Shown here in pieces: positions 13,710 to 26,174 of a stretch of DNA of 64,000 nt (its first letter is position 1; each line of letters opens with the position of its first letter). Under the pieces are notes generated by a model that had not been told where the DNA came from, searched no databases, and worked only from the letters and a program-made list of their open reading frames with translations. The DNA is from Ascidiella aspersa. Taxonomy: Eukaryota. Position numbers and translations under genes: made by a program. The stretch is taken from NCBI GenBank assembly GCA_963924565.1, contig OZ004615.1, positions 7,998,001 to 8,062,000 on the forward strand. The letters run 5' to 3'.

Positions 13710-16700
13710 CCAAATGTCCGAAAGACAAAAAGTAATGCATTTTCGCCTAAAATAGGTTTTCCCCTTGGGTAGAAACGGAGCTGTCACTGGTATGTAGGTG
13801 AATATAATATCAAGTTATTCGTCAGTTGATCTCGAATTTTTGGTTTTCATTAGGATTTGGAGTATTTTAAACGATTAGTGACGTATTTTCAGAAACGTTT
13901 AGAGCACACATTGTGAGCAGCGGAAGTAAAAAGACCATCATATATAAAAGGTTGACAATTGCCATTGGCCTACGACTTTGCAAAACCAAGCCCAATTGTC
14001 ATATACCAAGATAGCAGACAAAAGTAGAAAAACTTTTGAAGGTAGTTATGGCAATTTCAACAGGAGTCTCTAATTAATTTTTATTGTTCCAAATTACAAG
14101 TAAACAAATAACTTGATTTGGATATCGTCATTACGAAAATTCCGATTTGGATTGTCGCTACGAAAACTAAATGAAAAAACCTATAGCCTGCCTATTAAAA
14201 TATTTCCTATAAATTATGTTTTAGCGATTTGTGCACAAAGGTAACCAGACTTAAACTTTGCTATACCTGGCAAATCGTCACCACGCATTCATAGTTATAT
14301 GGGACACTCCCACTTTAAAAAAAAGAAAAAAATTTTCGGTGAAATTAACGTTTCGTTAATCGCCGTTTAAAAGGGCAGAACAGGCGACAATGTGCACGAA
14401 AAAGCAGTTTGAAAACACCTGTTATGAAAGGCAAAATGTCAAATTCATGCTTGTTGACTGTTGGTTAGCATCGTAAAAACAAAGCTGAGAAACGTGATTG
14501 ACGAGCACTTGCGTTGATTTATTTTGCAGCCGTGTCTAATGAATTTTTAATTTGCGATCATAAAGCTTAACCGTAAATTACTAATGGTCTAATCCAGTGC
14601 TTCCCAACCTTTTTCAGTTCACGACCCACTTTTGATGCAAGTTTTATTGTGCGACCCAAATGAGATATGACCAAACTTTGCAGCCGTATCTAACGAACTT
14701 TAAATATGCGAACATAAAGTTTCAGCGTAAATTACTAAAGGTATTAAAAAATATTTAATGGTCTAATAGACATACTTAAAAGTTTTAAACGTAATGTCAA
14801 ATAATTTACATATCTTTGTGGTCGCATTTTAAACGTCAAGGGACATTTTATTTGTGGTGTTTCTTATATGCATTGATACGAGAGAGGAACCGGAGTAAAA
14901 CATCAAAAATAGATATATCCGTAAAAAAAGCAGAGAGTATGTAAAAAGGAGATATGAACTATGCACATATAAAAAATGAGTAACGCGAAAGTTGCTTCAA
15001 ATGGGTGTTTTTATGCGACGAGAGTGCAAACCGACAATCATGTTATGATAACACAACCAATAATTAATCCATCAAAACATGCCAAAATGACCGACGCATA
15101 AATTTCAAACAAAAACTACATGGACTTTTGTCCAGGGACGGGTTACATTAGCTTTTTTCGACACTTTAACCTTGCATATGTTTTTTTAGAATTTCAGGTC
15201 GTCAGCCGTACCTCCATTTGCTTTGAAAATAGAACCGTTTTAAAGGTTCACCACAATGCTTTCGCGACATTTCTTCTAATGGCCCGACAGGGAGCCCTAA
15301 TAACACGACTAATTTTTGCAACACGGGCGGAATCGACGTTTGTCCACCCGGCCTTTGTAAGTTACTGATCAAAAATCTCGAATAATAAAGCTAATGTGTT
15401 TGAACGCTGGTTTACCGTTCACACGAAACTACGACAATCATGCCATCTAGCGGAAACTGTTTTGTTAATAATAAAAAAAATAGAAAACTTTTAAGTTGTA
15501 TGGGGACGGGGTTTACCGAATATGCATCACTATGGAAGTGTTTTTATGTAAACTATTTGGCCAAACAAACACTTCAAAACGAACACTGTCTCCCTATACT
15601 ATTAATACACAAGTGCATGCGCCAAAGTTTAATTCACCACTAGACTAGATTAATTACCAGCTTCAGTTAAGTCAGAATTAGGTTTGCATTTAACTCAAGA
15701 CACAGAAACACGCATCAGGCATCATTTTCCAGCAATTTGAATTTACAGAAAATCACAGCATTTTACTATTCGTGTAATGAAGGACAACCGGGCCATTTAG
15801 GTTGACTGACCAGGATACCAAGGTAAAGCCCTGGAAACCTGGGGTTCTCCCAGCTAAATCGGGTCGTAAGGTAAGTCTCGGTATGGAGCTGTATTAATCA
15901 AACAAGGGCAATTGTGGTATTTCAATTTTTAAACTTATAATTCAACCAGTAGTCTAACAAGGGGGCTGAATTAAAAACGTGTATGAAAAGATTGATGCAT
16001 GCTAAATCACGTGATGTAAAAGTATAGTTCTAAAATCAGTATGAAGGTATAAATTGGTGGTCTAACTGCATATGAGTACTCAGTAAAATCCACGTAAAAG
16101 TTTCACCGTTTTTTTTTTTGCGCAAATTTTAAAACACGCAAGCGTAACACGCTATAGGTGCCCTGTGGAACAAAGGCAAAATTGAATCATTCAATACAAA
16201 AAAGCGCGATTATAAGCGATGCATTTTGCATAAGTCAATCATTGTAAGTTATCGTCGCAGAAACAGCGTTCCATAAGAGTAAATTTAGTTCATTGGATTC
16301 AATTTCGAAATAACTTAAATATCAGTAAGACAGAAATGTGGTATAAAGAGTGTGTTTAACCCCATAGGTTTACCTATACAAACTACGGGCTTTTCGGTTA
16401 AATCCCGGAAAAAATAATTCCAAATGGGTAAAATGTAACACACAGTCAAAGATTCTATTTCATTCTAAATTCAAGTTTAACAACCAAACAACCAAAGTCT
16501 AGGTAAAAACATGTTCCGATGTTCATTTGTAACTAAAAAGGTTACCTCGAGTTAAACCCAGAACTGTGGAGTAGGCCAAGCCGTTGAAAACCTTGTATGT
16601 AAACGCGTTGGGTGCGATTGCATATCCACGAAAGGTCGTGTTGCCGCGATAAGGGGCATTGGCCTAAATTCAACATCGCCCCGAGCAAATACGTAGCGCA

Positions 16701-18228
16701 GGACTGGTGTGTGTTTGCAACTATATCGCCCATTGTAATCAAACACGTTCCGGAAAATCAATCTAGCAACGTTATGTTGTTTAAAATTGTAAGCCAAAAG
16801 AGGATATATTTGATAAAGAAGGTAAGACACAGTCAAAACCTCACTGATATCCAAATGTAAAAAAAAATAAATGGCCACACGAATTACGCGTGTAGCGTTC
16901 AAACGTAGTTTAAGGTCTTATGTTGCTGTTTAAATGCCTTTACGGATCATAAAGATACTTTTTTGGACGCGTGCAGCCGACCTTTGCACAAACCACACGC
17001 GAGGGTTACATAAAACGCAGGATTTCGGCAGCCATTTATGGCTCGGTCGAGTGCCGCTTCTTAAGATGTGGTCTGCCCGGAATGGGTGCGCCAACATAGG
17101 TGGCTATATGGGAAACGCATACGATACTTATGCGTTATATTTTTACGGAACGGGTCATGCTTAATTGTAAAATAGCTCAAGCTTCTAAAGATGTGGGTTT
17201 AAACATAAATAATGAATTTTCATTTTAAAACATTGCGAAAAATGTATTGCCACTTCAACATGTCGACAAATTTTGTAAAGCCACAATTATTTGTAAAATT
17301 AATGAAATTGATGTTTACCCCATAATGCTCCTTAATGCTACAGTCCCAGTCATGAAAACAATTCTTATGGAATAACCAAGGTTTTACAATAGTTAAAATA
17401 CTGGACAATTTTGCGATAACACGTATCTGTTCTCAGATTGCAATCGCCAATTAGGCCCACATTTCTCCTTAAGCACGGAATTAGCCATAAACCACCGTTT
17501 CACGTCTCAAACTACAGAAAACGTCATGTTCGTATAGTTTACTGTATAATAATAACGTATTTATGCCAATAGAAATCACTAAACTATAGAAAACACCGAA
17601 AGTAAGATGTGAGAAATATCTCTAAAACTTACGACTATTCATTAAGCTTTAATCACTGCTATTTCCAAGCAACACACATGCCGCATACCTAAGCTTAGTG
17701 ATCCGGAAAATATAAACCGCCAGTAGAAAAAGCATTTGGTCAAATCGAATCGTAAGAAACATACTGGGTTAAATATATAATTATATTTATGTGGGTATAT
17801 TGAGTATATAGGTGCCTAGATCGTGCAATGTTTTTGTTTCCAGGGCAAATAGTCATTTTACTCAGAATTTTAATGAAATTAGACAAACAAACTTCACGTA
17901 GGGCCCTCCGACAAATTATAATAGAGGGATAGTCACACAGGTTTGTTTTCTGCTTCGGCCCACTAATTACAATCACAATTTTCGAAGTTAAAAGCGGTAA
18001 ACAAGTTTTGACAACGACCGACATTCAGCAAACGCGAAACCAGGACAAAGGACAAGCGAGTAAACACTAAACAGGCAAGTTTTGCGTCTCCTCCCAATCA
18101 AGTAGCCTCGCGTTGGAAAGACAAACATCATTTTGCTGGCGATTGCTTCGCAGAAAAGGGCATCCTACTTGGCTGGTTAACGTGTAACTATACTAAATTA
18201 GTTAGAAGCAAGGTACTTAGTCACTTAC

Positions 18229-18313
18229 CGCCCGTTTGAAGCTACTGCTTGAGTATCCTTCAAAGTAAAGGTTCTTTCAGTCGCTTGGCAGTAATTTGAC
18301 AGCCTATAAAGTC
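18229..18313 (-). CDS. candidate next exon of the Ig-domain gene
   Basis: tgtgtacAG acceptor, strong GTAAGT donor, and an open frame in the phase left by the previous exon (GLYRLSNYCQATERTFTLKDTQAVASNGR). No recognisable homology. Confidence 0.3.
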
Positions 18314-20119
18314 CTGTACACAGTACAAATACCTGTATATTAAACGAAGGTTTACTGCGACACGCGATTCAATTTAATCTGAATACAAATCTGCGCTAAC
18401 AAGGGAAAAACTGGCAGTAATCGTACGAAGATAATCGTAAGAAGATATATCTTGCTCTTTTGCTGTCGTCTCATCACTATTTTAGACAACACACCAACTC
18501 GCTTGTACCGAAGCAGCGAAATTCTCAAACGCCCTTGTTATACCATGACAGCATAGACGAATTTGTAAGGCGGTAATCGAAACGTCGTAGGTATACTATT
18601 TGCTAGATAACATCACGTATAGGCTCTCTTCGTTCTCTCAAATAAGCTGATACATATCTTGAAACAAACGCAACTCATTTATGTTTATATCATCGGTATC
18701 TTCCGAACAACACTGGTCAATTTGCCAGATAAAGCGTACGGTGTCTATATACACACTTACATATAGGCGCGGGAGTGCAAAACAACGAGGATAAGGTTTA
18801 ACGTGCTTTGCCTGACTTCTCCCAATTCCCCTTTTTTTTACCAGCCTCATAATGTTTGCGCAGAGGCGCTTTTTGCGGCATTGCTGTTTGCCTTTCGCAC
18901 CGCGCGTCCGTCGTGGTACAATGCAGAACGTACGACAATCTCGCAACATCTCGTGCACAAAACCGGCATACGCACTAAGGATCAAATTTTAAGAACAGTA
19001 AGAGCATTTTTTGCGACCTGCTCACTGTATAGCCTAAACCACAAGCAGGTCAAATACAGCAGAGGTTGACGCATTTTCCTTTGGCGACAAAAGCAAATGC
19101 TTTTAGTTGTTGCTTACAACATTGCTCCTCTCTAGCAATAGTTAGTTTTGCGTAAGTTTGTCATAGGTTTTAGTTCAGAGAAGTGTCCCATGAATCACAG
19201 CATTTTGAAAAAGCAATTCACAGAAATGCAGTACACGAAACACACCAAAATATATTGATTCAATACCACAAAATGCCGAAAAAACATCTCATATATATCA
19301 CAGATTGCATCTTAAAACCACTGGCTACTCTGTTGTCGTATAGTCCTTGTCTACCGTGGCTCATATATGTACATTCTTTTACGATATGATGCGTCCCAAT
19401 CAGTCATTTTAAACCTATTTGTCGTCGGGTAAACACAGATCTGCACAGCAGATATTATATTCAAAAAATTTCTCTTGAGTATTATATTATTTTAAGCATT
19501 GACTGAAAAAAATTTACATAACAATAACAAAATTTTTTTTTTCAGTTGGTATTTTAATAAGCTGAAACATGGGTATACACAATGTGTGTTATCTGTGATC
19601 AAAATGTCATTATATTTGCCTTTCCGGAGGCATCAGGTGTATAATGGAGCTAAGTTCGTCAAATTTACTTTGATTCCCTGTTATATACACGCAGAAATAG
19701 AGGAGTACCTTAAAATACGAACAAATATACTTCTAAGAACCACAAAATTTAAGAACTGTGACACGTATACACAATGTGTATAACACATACACACGTGCAT
19801 GTAGCCTGATAACAGCTTACATGTCGATAGAACATGTCGTTTTTCTGTAGGCAGGAAATTGTAGCCTGCAATGTGATTTAAACGAATAGTTTTGGCCATG
19901 TTGGAAAGGGTATTTTTAAAAATGTTCAAACACCTTGTTCATCGTGTTTGTATATTTGACCAATATATGACCAAATAAGCATTAGAACACTAAGGTTTAA
20001 ATCTTACCACAGTAGACTCCTACCAGCCTTCTTTTGCTAGCAAATGGAAATAAATGAAAGTCCCACTTATTTCAGTAAGCCTCCTGGAGCCCAATAGTGT
20101 ACATGGAACTAACTTTTAC

Positions 20120-21393
20120 CTTTGGAGAGGCGGTTGGGCGTCGTGCGAACGTTGAGAAAAGCGCTCGAGTTTGTTCGTCCAAGCCGGTTGACGACACTAC
20201 ACTGGTAGGTCCCGCTGTCACTTGGCCGGGCGTCTTTTATTACCAAAGCGTGTCGCCCGTCGCTTGAAGTTTCGGTCCAGCTGGCCGTAAATAAAGGCGG
20301 GAAAAGTTACTTTAAGGCTGGTTTTAGTAATACGGCCAACCTCATCGCGACTTGATAAGGTAGAGCTAGATAAAGGTTTGGATGTTGTATAGTATTTTGT
20401 GCATCACCTTATCTGAGTTTAGTAAGATCTTCAAGATCAAAACAGGTACTGCAAAAACTTTTAATTAAGTGTACAGGAGACGCATTGTTTTTTATTTGGC
20501 CGGTAACATGTAAAAACGATTAACAGAATGAACACTAGAAAAAGTTTAAAACCAGGTTTTATTTGTATAAAATCCTAATCGTATTTTGTCCTATCGTCGT
20601 GTACAGAAGCTCACTAGTTGTCAACAAAACAGATAATAGTTGCCAAAAAACGTTTTAATTAACATGTACATCCAGCGGTGAGAGTTGTTTTGTAAAAGAT
20701 AGTCATGTTAATAACTAAGTATAAAATTCTCGCATTTATTTTACAATGATGCAAAAGTTGAACCTGTAGAATGGTGGTCGAAAAAAAAACTAGCAACACA
20801 ATTAATAACTTACATTCGATAACTCGGAACAGCGATTGATATGCGATCTTTAAACCAGTAAATTGAAGGAGCCGGGTTTCCATGAATCTAAAAGAGAAAA
20901 TACATTAGTTACGAGTTTAACTCGAAATTACCATGTAACTAAAAACATAAGACTTTAAATAGATAAGTGATTGAAAGTAAACAAAAAAATTCGGACAAAA
21001 TTTTAAAGCCATGTCAGGAAAATACGGCTTCACCAAATCAAATATATCTGTAGTACATTATTGTATATGGCGGTTTTACATACATAATATGTTGATGAAA
21101 TAATTTTCGAATTTGAAGATGAAACAAACCTGGAATGCGTAACACAAACAAACCTTGCATTCGAAGTAGGCAGTGTGTCCTTCTTGGATCTCCACGCCCC
21201 TTATGGACTGCACAAACCTGGGAACAGCCGGCAATTTGTCGGCGTCTGATCGTGGTATACATTTTGGGATTTCGATTTCGCTCGTTATCGAAGGCCTTCT
21301 TTTTAGGCTGGAACCTGAACGATTTCCAACACTTGGAGTGGATAAGGTTCTCTTGTAAGCCATACGTTTCATAGTAGACATGTTCAAAAAGAA
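20120..21393 (-). CDS. 5' coding exons of an I-set Ig-domain protein (MLCK/palladin/titin-like); exons 21393-21154, 20887-20814, 20280-20120; gene continues leftward
   Basis: Three exons with canonical AG/GT ends and compatible phases (0, 2, 1) splice into MSTMKRMAYKRTLSTPSVGNRSGSSLKRRPSITSEIEIPKCIPRSDADKLPAVPRFVQSIRGVEIQEGHTAYFECK|IHGNPAPSIYWFKDRISIAVPSYRI|WTETSSDGRHALVIKDARPSDSGTYQCSVVNRLGRTNSSAFLNVRTTPNRLSK. This is a complete I-set domain (P-x-F, EG-x3-F-x-C, GxPxP-x2-WFK, L-x-I, DSGxYxC, N-x2-G). First ATG is at 21381. Exact orthology cannot be assigned. Confidence 0.88.
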
Positions 21394-23934
21394 CTGTTGC
21401 CGAAAAATAGTACGCTTATCATTGGATTTTGTCGATTGTTATCTAAGTTATTGCCTGCAATAATATGTATGTGTTTTCACCCAACTTTTAATGGTAAACA
21501 TGTTTAACAATTAATTGGTAAAATACCTGTGTTTAATGTGTTGTCGTAAGTAAGACCATATGGAAGATATATGTATTTTAAGTAATAAAATGCATACGTA
21601 CAAAGAGATAAAACCACAACAAGACTTGCAAATAGACATATGAATTTTCTAATTATATACACCCAAACAAAATATCTGTGACAAAAAAGTTGTTTGCAGC
21701 AATAGTTTTAAATGTTTTTTTCAGCCAACCTGAAAATTTCGAGGTAAACAGAATAGTTTACAAGAAATTTTAGATAAGGTCTTCAATTTGCATAATATAA
21801 CAGGTAAACTTAAGAATTCTACTGTTATCGGTCGAACTAACGTCTTAAATGAAACTGAATTGTGTCCAAATACAAGAGAAAGGCGCCAAGGCGTTATTTT
21901 TATTTAAACAGTTTTATTTACAAAAAGCTATCGCACGTTTTAAATTATACACTCAGATTTCAATAGACGTTCATGCAGCCCCAAACCAAATCTACGCACC
22001 TAAAGGGCAACAGAACTTAAACTCGAAAAACGCGCTATTTTAAAGTTAGTTTTTCGTAAATGCTTACGTGGCTTCCATACAGCTGTGAGGTGAAATGTTC
22101 ATCACCCGTACTATTTTTACAACCTAGTCGAAGTTTTTATATTGCAAATATGCCACTTGTCCTTAGAAATCAAAAGTTATTTTCAAAACCTGTAAACTTT
22201 CATAAAGATATCCTGTAATTGTAAACTCAAGCTGACTACAATACAGGTTAAACAGGCACACACTATCATAACAAGGCTGGGCTACAATTCGACACATAAT
22301 TTAAGTACAGTATATCAAACATTAACGCACGACCCTGAACGCGACAAGTGAGAAAATGCTTTGCCAAATCTATGCTGTTAAGTCTATACATATGTCTGCC
22401 AGTTATTTGTACAACTTGACACTCACATTCGCTTTCACACCTATTTTAAAATCAAATCTATGACTTTACGTATTCTGTAAGTAAGATTTGCTTATATTTC
22501 AAGTCTTACTCAGGGCACTTTGATCTATACACACTTCAAATTTCTCTCGGCAGAATTACTTAAACCAAACCGACTGTTTAAAAATTGCTTTGGAAATGAA
22601 CATCGCACAAAGGCCAGCAACAAAATCAGAATCGCTTGCTGTTTTGCTGTTTTATTCCCAGTGGTATACGCCTAAAGTGAGCTATCTTTGTTCAACTAAA
22701 AGCAACATGCCCGGTGAACATTGCCACAAAAAGCCATGACATTCCGCCAGTGCAATAAACGGCAAGGGCCCTATACACTCGCGGCCAATTGTAGTGTTCG
22801 GTACGTATAAGGTTAACTACGAATGATAGTAAATCAGTCATCGAAACCAACAAGTGGCCCTTCACCAAACGAGGACGGCTCGCACGCTTTTCAAACCACG
22901 GAGAATTATTGCTGGTCGGGTCCCATGCCTATAACGCCACGCGCCAGTTGAAATCACTGCAGGTGTTACAACTTACACTCGAATTGGAAATCTGCCACGC
23001 ACAGTGGACATCTAATAAGTTCAACCAAAAGCAATAATGTCGCTATGCTGAGTATGGCAATCATCCAGTAAAAAGTTTATGCTATAAAGGTTCATCATAA
23101 TGTTGGATGCTTTTTTTATCTTTTTACCTTGGCAATTTAAAAAAATATACGTGAAACTGTATAACTGCAGCTTTAGTAAAGTGTTTATGTCCGTACTTTA
23201 GAACTGCATAATGCTCCCAGTTGTACTGACGTTATTTTGTATGGAGCTATCCTTAAAATCGATTCATGTAACAAGCAAAAAAGTGGCCTTTTCCGAGTTA
23301 AACATATGGATTGAGCTTTATACTGTACTGACACATTTATGATTTAAAGAAATCTTTTCTAAGCCGTATGCTCAGCCACTCTTCACAAATCAGTATCTTT
23401 TTCCCTATTTACTCGACGAAAGCATTTTGTGTCAGAATATCAATCATTTACTAATAGTTATATATTAAAGTGATATTATTAGGATTTATGGTCCAGTGTG
23501 ACATTTTAAACATCAAAGGTAGCAAAATTTTTATAAGAAATCCAAAACACTCTGCATATTAATCTTAATAGAAAGAAATTTTTAAAACTGTAAGAAGTTT
23601 GACGATTTTAAACAATTTTGTTTTTAAAACAACCACATCGAAAATCCACGGCCCGGGGACTGGATTCTGCCAGCGAATGTAAACCATCGAGTCGCAATCT
23701 GTTATACAAGCTGGACACGAGGCCATTATTTTAGCTATTTAAATGAGGGAGTGGAACCGTTTGACTTTTTCGGTATAGGTTTCGGGTAGTATGTTTGAGA
23801 GTTGTGAAGTCCATGGTCTCTCAAATTGTTGTTTTACTAAAATCGTCGTGATTAATTCGATTTTATGAGGAAATGTGAGGGAACACACAATAAGACCTAC
23901 AAATCAACAATATCTAAAGCAGACTAACATACTA

Positions 23935-24330
23935 TACCATATAATTAAGACTAACGATATAATATAGCGAATTACGCATTAATATCAACGACAGAATAAG
24001 ATCTGAAATGGTCCGAAGAAGACCTAAACGTATGGGACGATTAGTGGACCCTTGTCTGGCATCGGCTGTTTTGGTGTCGTTTGGGCAATAGTTTACCTTT
24101 ATTTGGGGCTAGGGGCGGATTATGAATTGGGTTAGAAATTGGGTTAGGATTAACATTATTAAGGAACTGAAGGATAAATTTGGTGCTGGGATGTCAAATA
24201 TTTGACGTTTGGTAAAAGGTTAAATATAAGCACTAGTTTGGCTATTTAGGTCTTATTCCGATTAGGACCTTATTACGACTATTAAGTATAGTAGTTATAT
24301 TTCGGTCTTATTCTGAACTTTGCTTTAATA
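23935..24330. repeat. CGGAATAAGACC-motif repeat family, copy 1 (related copies at ~25660-26130 and ~36930-37070)
   Basis: Repeated GGTCTTATTCCGA motif and shared flanking blocks; the motif is inverted at the two ends. Confidence 0.6.
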
Positions 24331-25659
24331 CAACTTTTGTTCTAATTTCGGTCTATTGCCTTGTTGGTAAATGTGTGTATCGTTGTGTGTCCAATGTGTC
24401 ACTTAATCTACTCTAAACCTATCAAAGTCAAGTTTTGTGTTTGCGTTTTTCCGAACGCTTTGGTCACTTTTACTTGAGTACAAGAAACTCATGTTGGATT
24501 GCATAACAGCTCCTGATCCATAGTAGTTTGGGTATAGCAGATCTTGCTGGGTTTGTGTTGGCCAGCGACTCGGCATAGGTCGGGATCCTAATGTACTCGG
24601 TAACAAGGCTCTTTTAAGTTATTTAGACGGTGAAATCGAGGGACAGCTAGATGACGCTAGAGATGTTACATAATTTATGGGATGGATCAAATCATGGTTG
24701 AACCAACTCAATTAAAATGTAAGTACTTGTATTAAGAATTGTTTGTTCTTTATGTGCTCAATGAGTCACATATCCTTCTAAAATGCTTCATCTTTTCATA
24801 TTTGTCCGCTTGGCCAAACAAAAACTATACGCCCCTTTTACTTTTGTAGCCTACACTAGGGCTACCATATTTTCAGCACCCCAAAAGAGGACATTTCTTT
24901 GTCGGCAAGTAAAACGAATGTGAAATTGTTAAGTTTGAGTTTGATGATGTTTTATGCTGATTTTCGGGATCTTTGGTTATTTGGGGATTCTCGGAATAAT
25001 TTTCGATAGGAAATTTAATGTTGCTGACCGACTCGAGCACAAATATTGATCTGTTTGTTGCGAGTGCGATGTTTTTGCTCTTAGCGGCTACGAAGAGAGT
25101 TATAAGTGCTGATTTAAACTCCTACGTTTTAAAGTGAATACTTAACAATATTTTTGTTTGGGGCCTTTTTTTGGAGAGGGGGACAAGCTCTACTTCAATA
25201 TTAAACTTTTTGTCATTATTTTGTGTAGATAAGTAACTGAAGAAAAGTGGTTCATGATTTTGCCATGGGCTACTATGTTTTAATAATTTCTAGGTCTTAA
25301 AACAATATTTGCTACTTATCACGGCTGTGTTTGGTAAGAGCAGTATGATATGCTTTTTGGAGATCGAAGTTGTCCACAAGGCTCGGACATCATGTCACCC
25401 TCTCCACAAACTGTGGTTTTGCCAATTTTAACAACACAACTGCCATGCTGTCTAAGCGCAACACCTTTAACCTGTTTGTTAAAGTAAATTTTATAGTAAG
25501 TTTGATTTTTTTAGCATTTAGCTATTAAAAAAAATTAAACTAATCTGCCATCACTTGTTGGCTGCGCGGCGCATTGCGTTTGCGACATGGTATGCAATGG
25601 GCTAAAGTGCCACGAACTGCGGCGCCGCATTTGACAACACAATTAATTCAATACTTCTG

Positions 25660-26130
25660 GCGAATTAACGACCAAGTCTGCTGAGTTCCGAAATGGTCCG
25701 CTTCTTAATGATAATTATGAGTACTATTACGAGCTTCGTAAAGTTGAGTTCCCTAGGCTGGATTATGGGATGCTTCGACTCAAATTGTATATGTGCATTG
25801 TTCAACTTCCTATCGGGGGCCGTTTTGGTGACGACGTTTGAACCCTACTTTGACCGTCGCCGTCAGGGCGCCGCTGTTTTCGCCACGGAATCTTGGTCCT
25901 GTTTGGGATTATTGGTGGGTAATAGGTGGGGATAGAAAACGGGTTTTGTTTGAAATTATTGGGGGAGTTAGTGATGTACTTAGGGGTGGGATTTGGGGTT
26001 GGGTAAAGTGTTGTTTAGCCACAATTCTGACCATTTCGGTTTTGTTCCGACGTATTTAGGACTTATTCCGATTTAAACGGTACCACGACAATTAGGTATT
26101 AGTTCTATTTTGGTCTTATTCCGAACTCTG
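25660..26130. repeat. CGGAATAAGACC-motif repeat family, copy 2
   Basis: GAAATGGTCCG at the left, ACCATTTCGG...GGTCTTATTCCGAAC at the right, G/T-rich middle as in copy 1. Confidence 0.6.
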
Positions 26131-26174
26131 TTTTGTTCTGACGTTGATGTTTTTGAACAATGGTCTTATGAATC

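Noticed and set aside
16546-16663. Possible minus-strand exon of the Ig gene
   Set aside because: Splice-like ends but no homology and an ambiguous frame.
605-19929. Numerous 60-136 aa ORFs in the ORF track
   Set aside because: No recognisable domains, many non-ATG starts, overlapping on both strands; consistent with chance ORFs in intronic DNA.
25390-25471. HGSCVVKIGKTTVCG resembling RNase PH-fold exosome subunits
   Set aside because: The similarity is too short and not continued.
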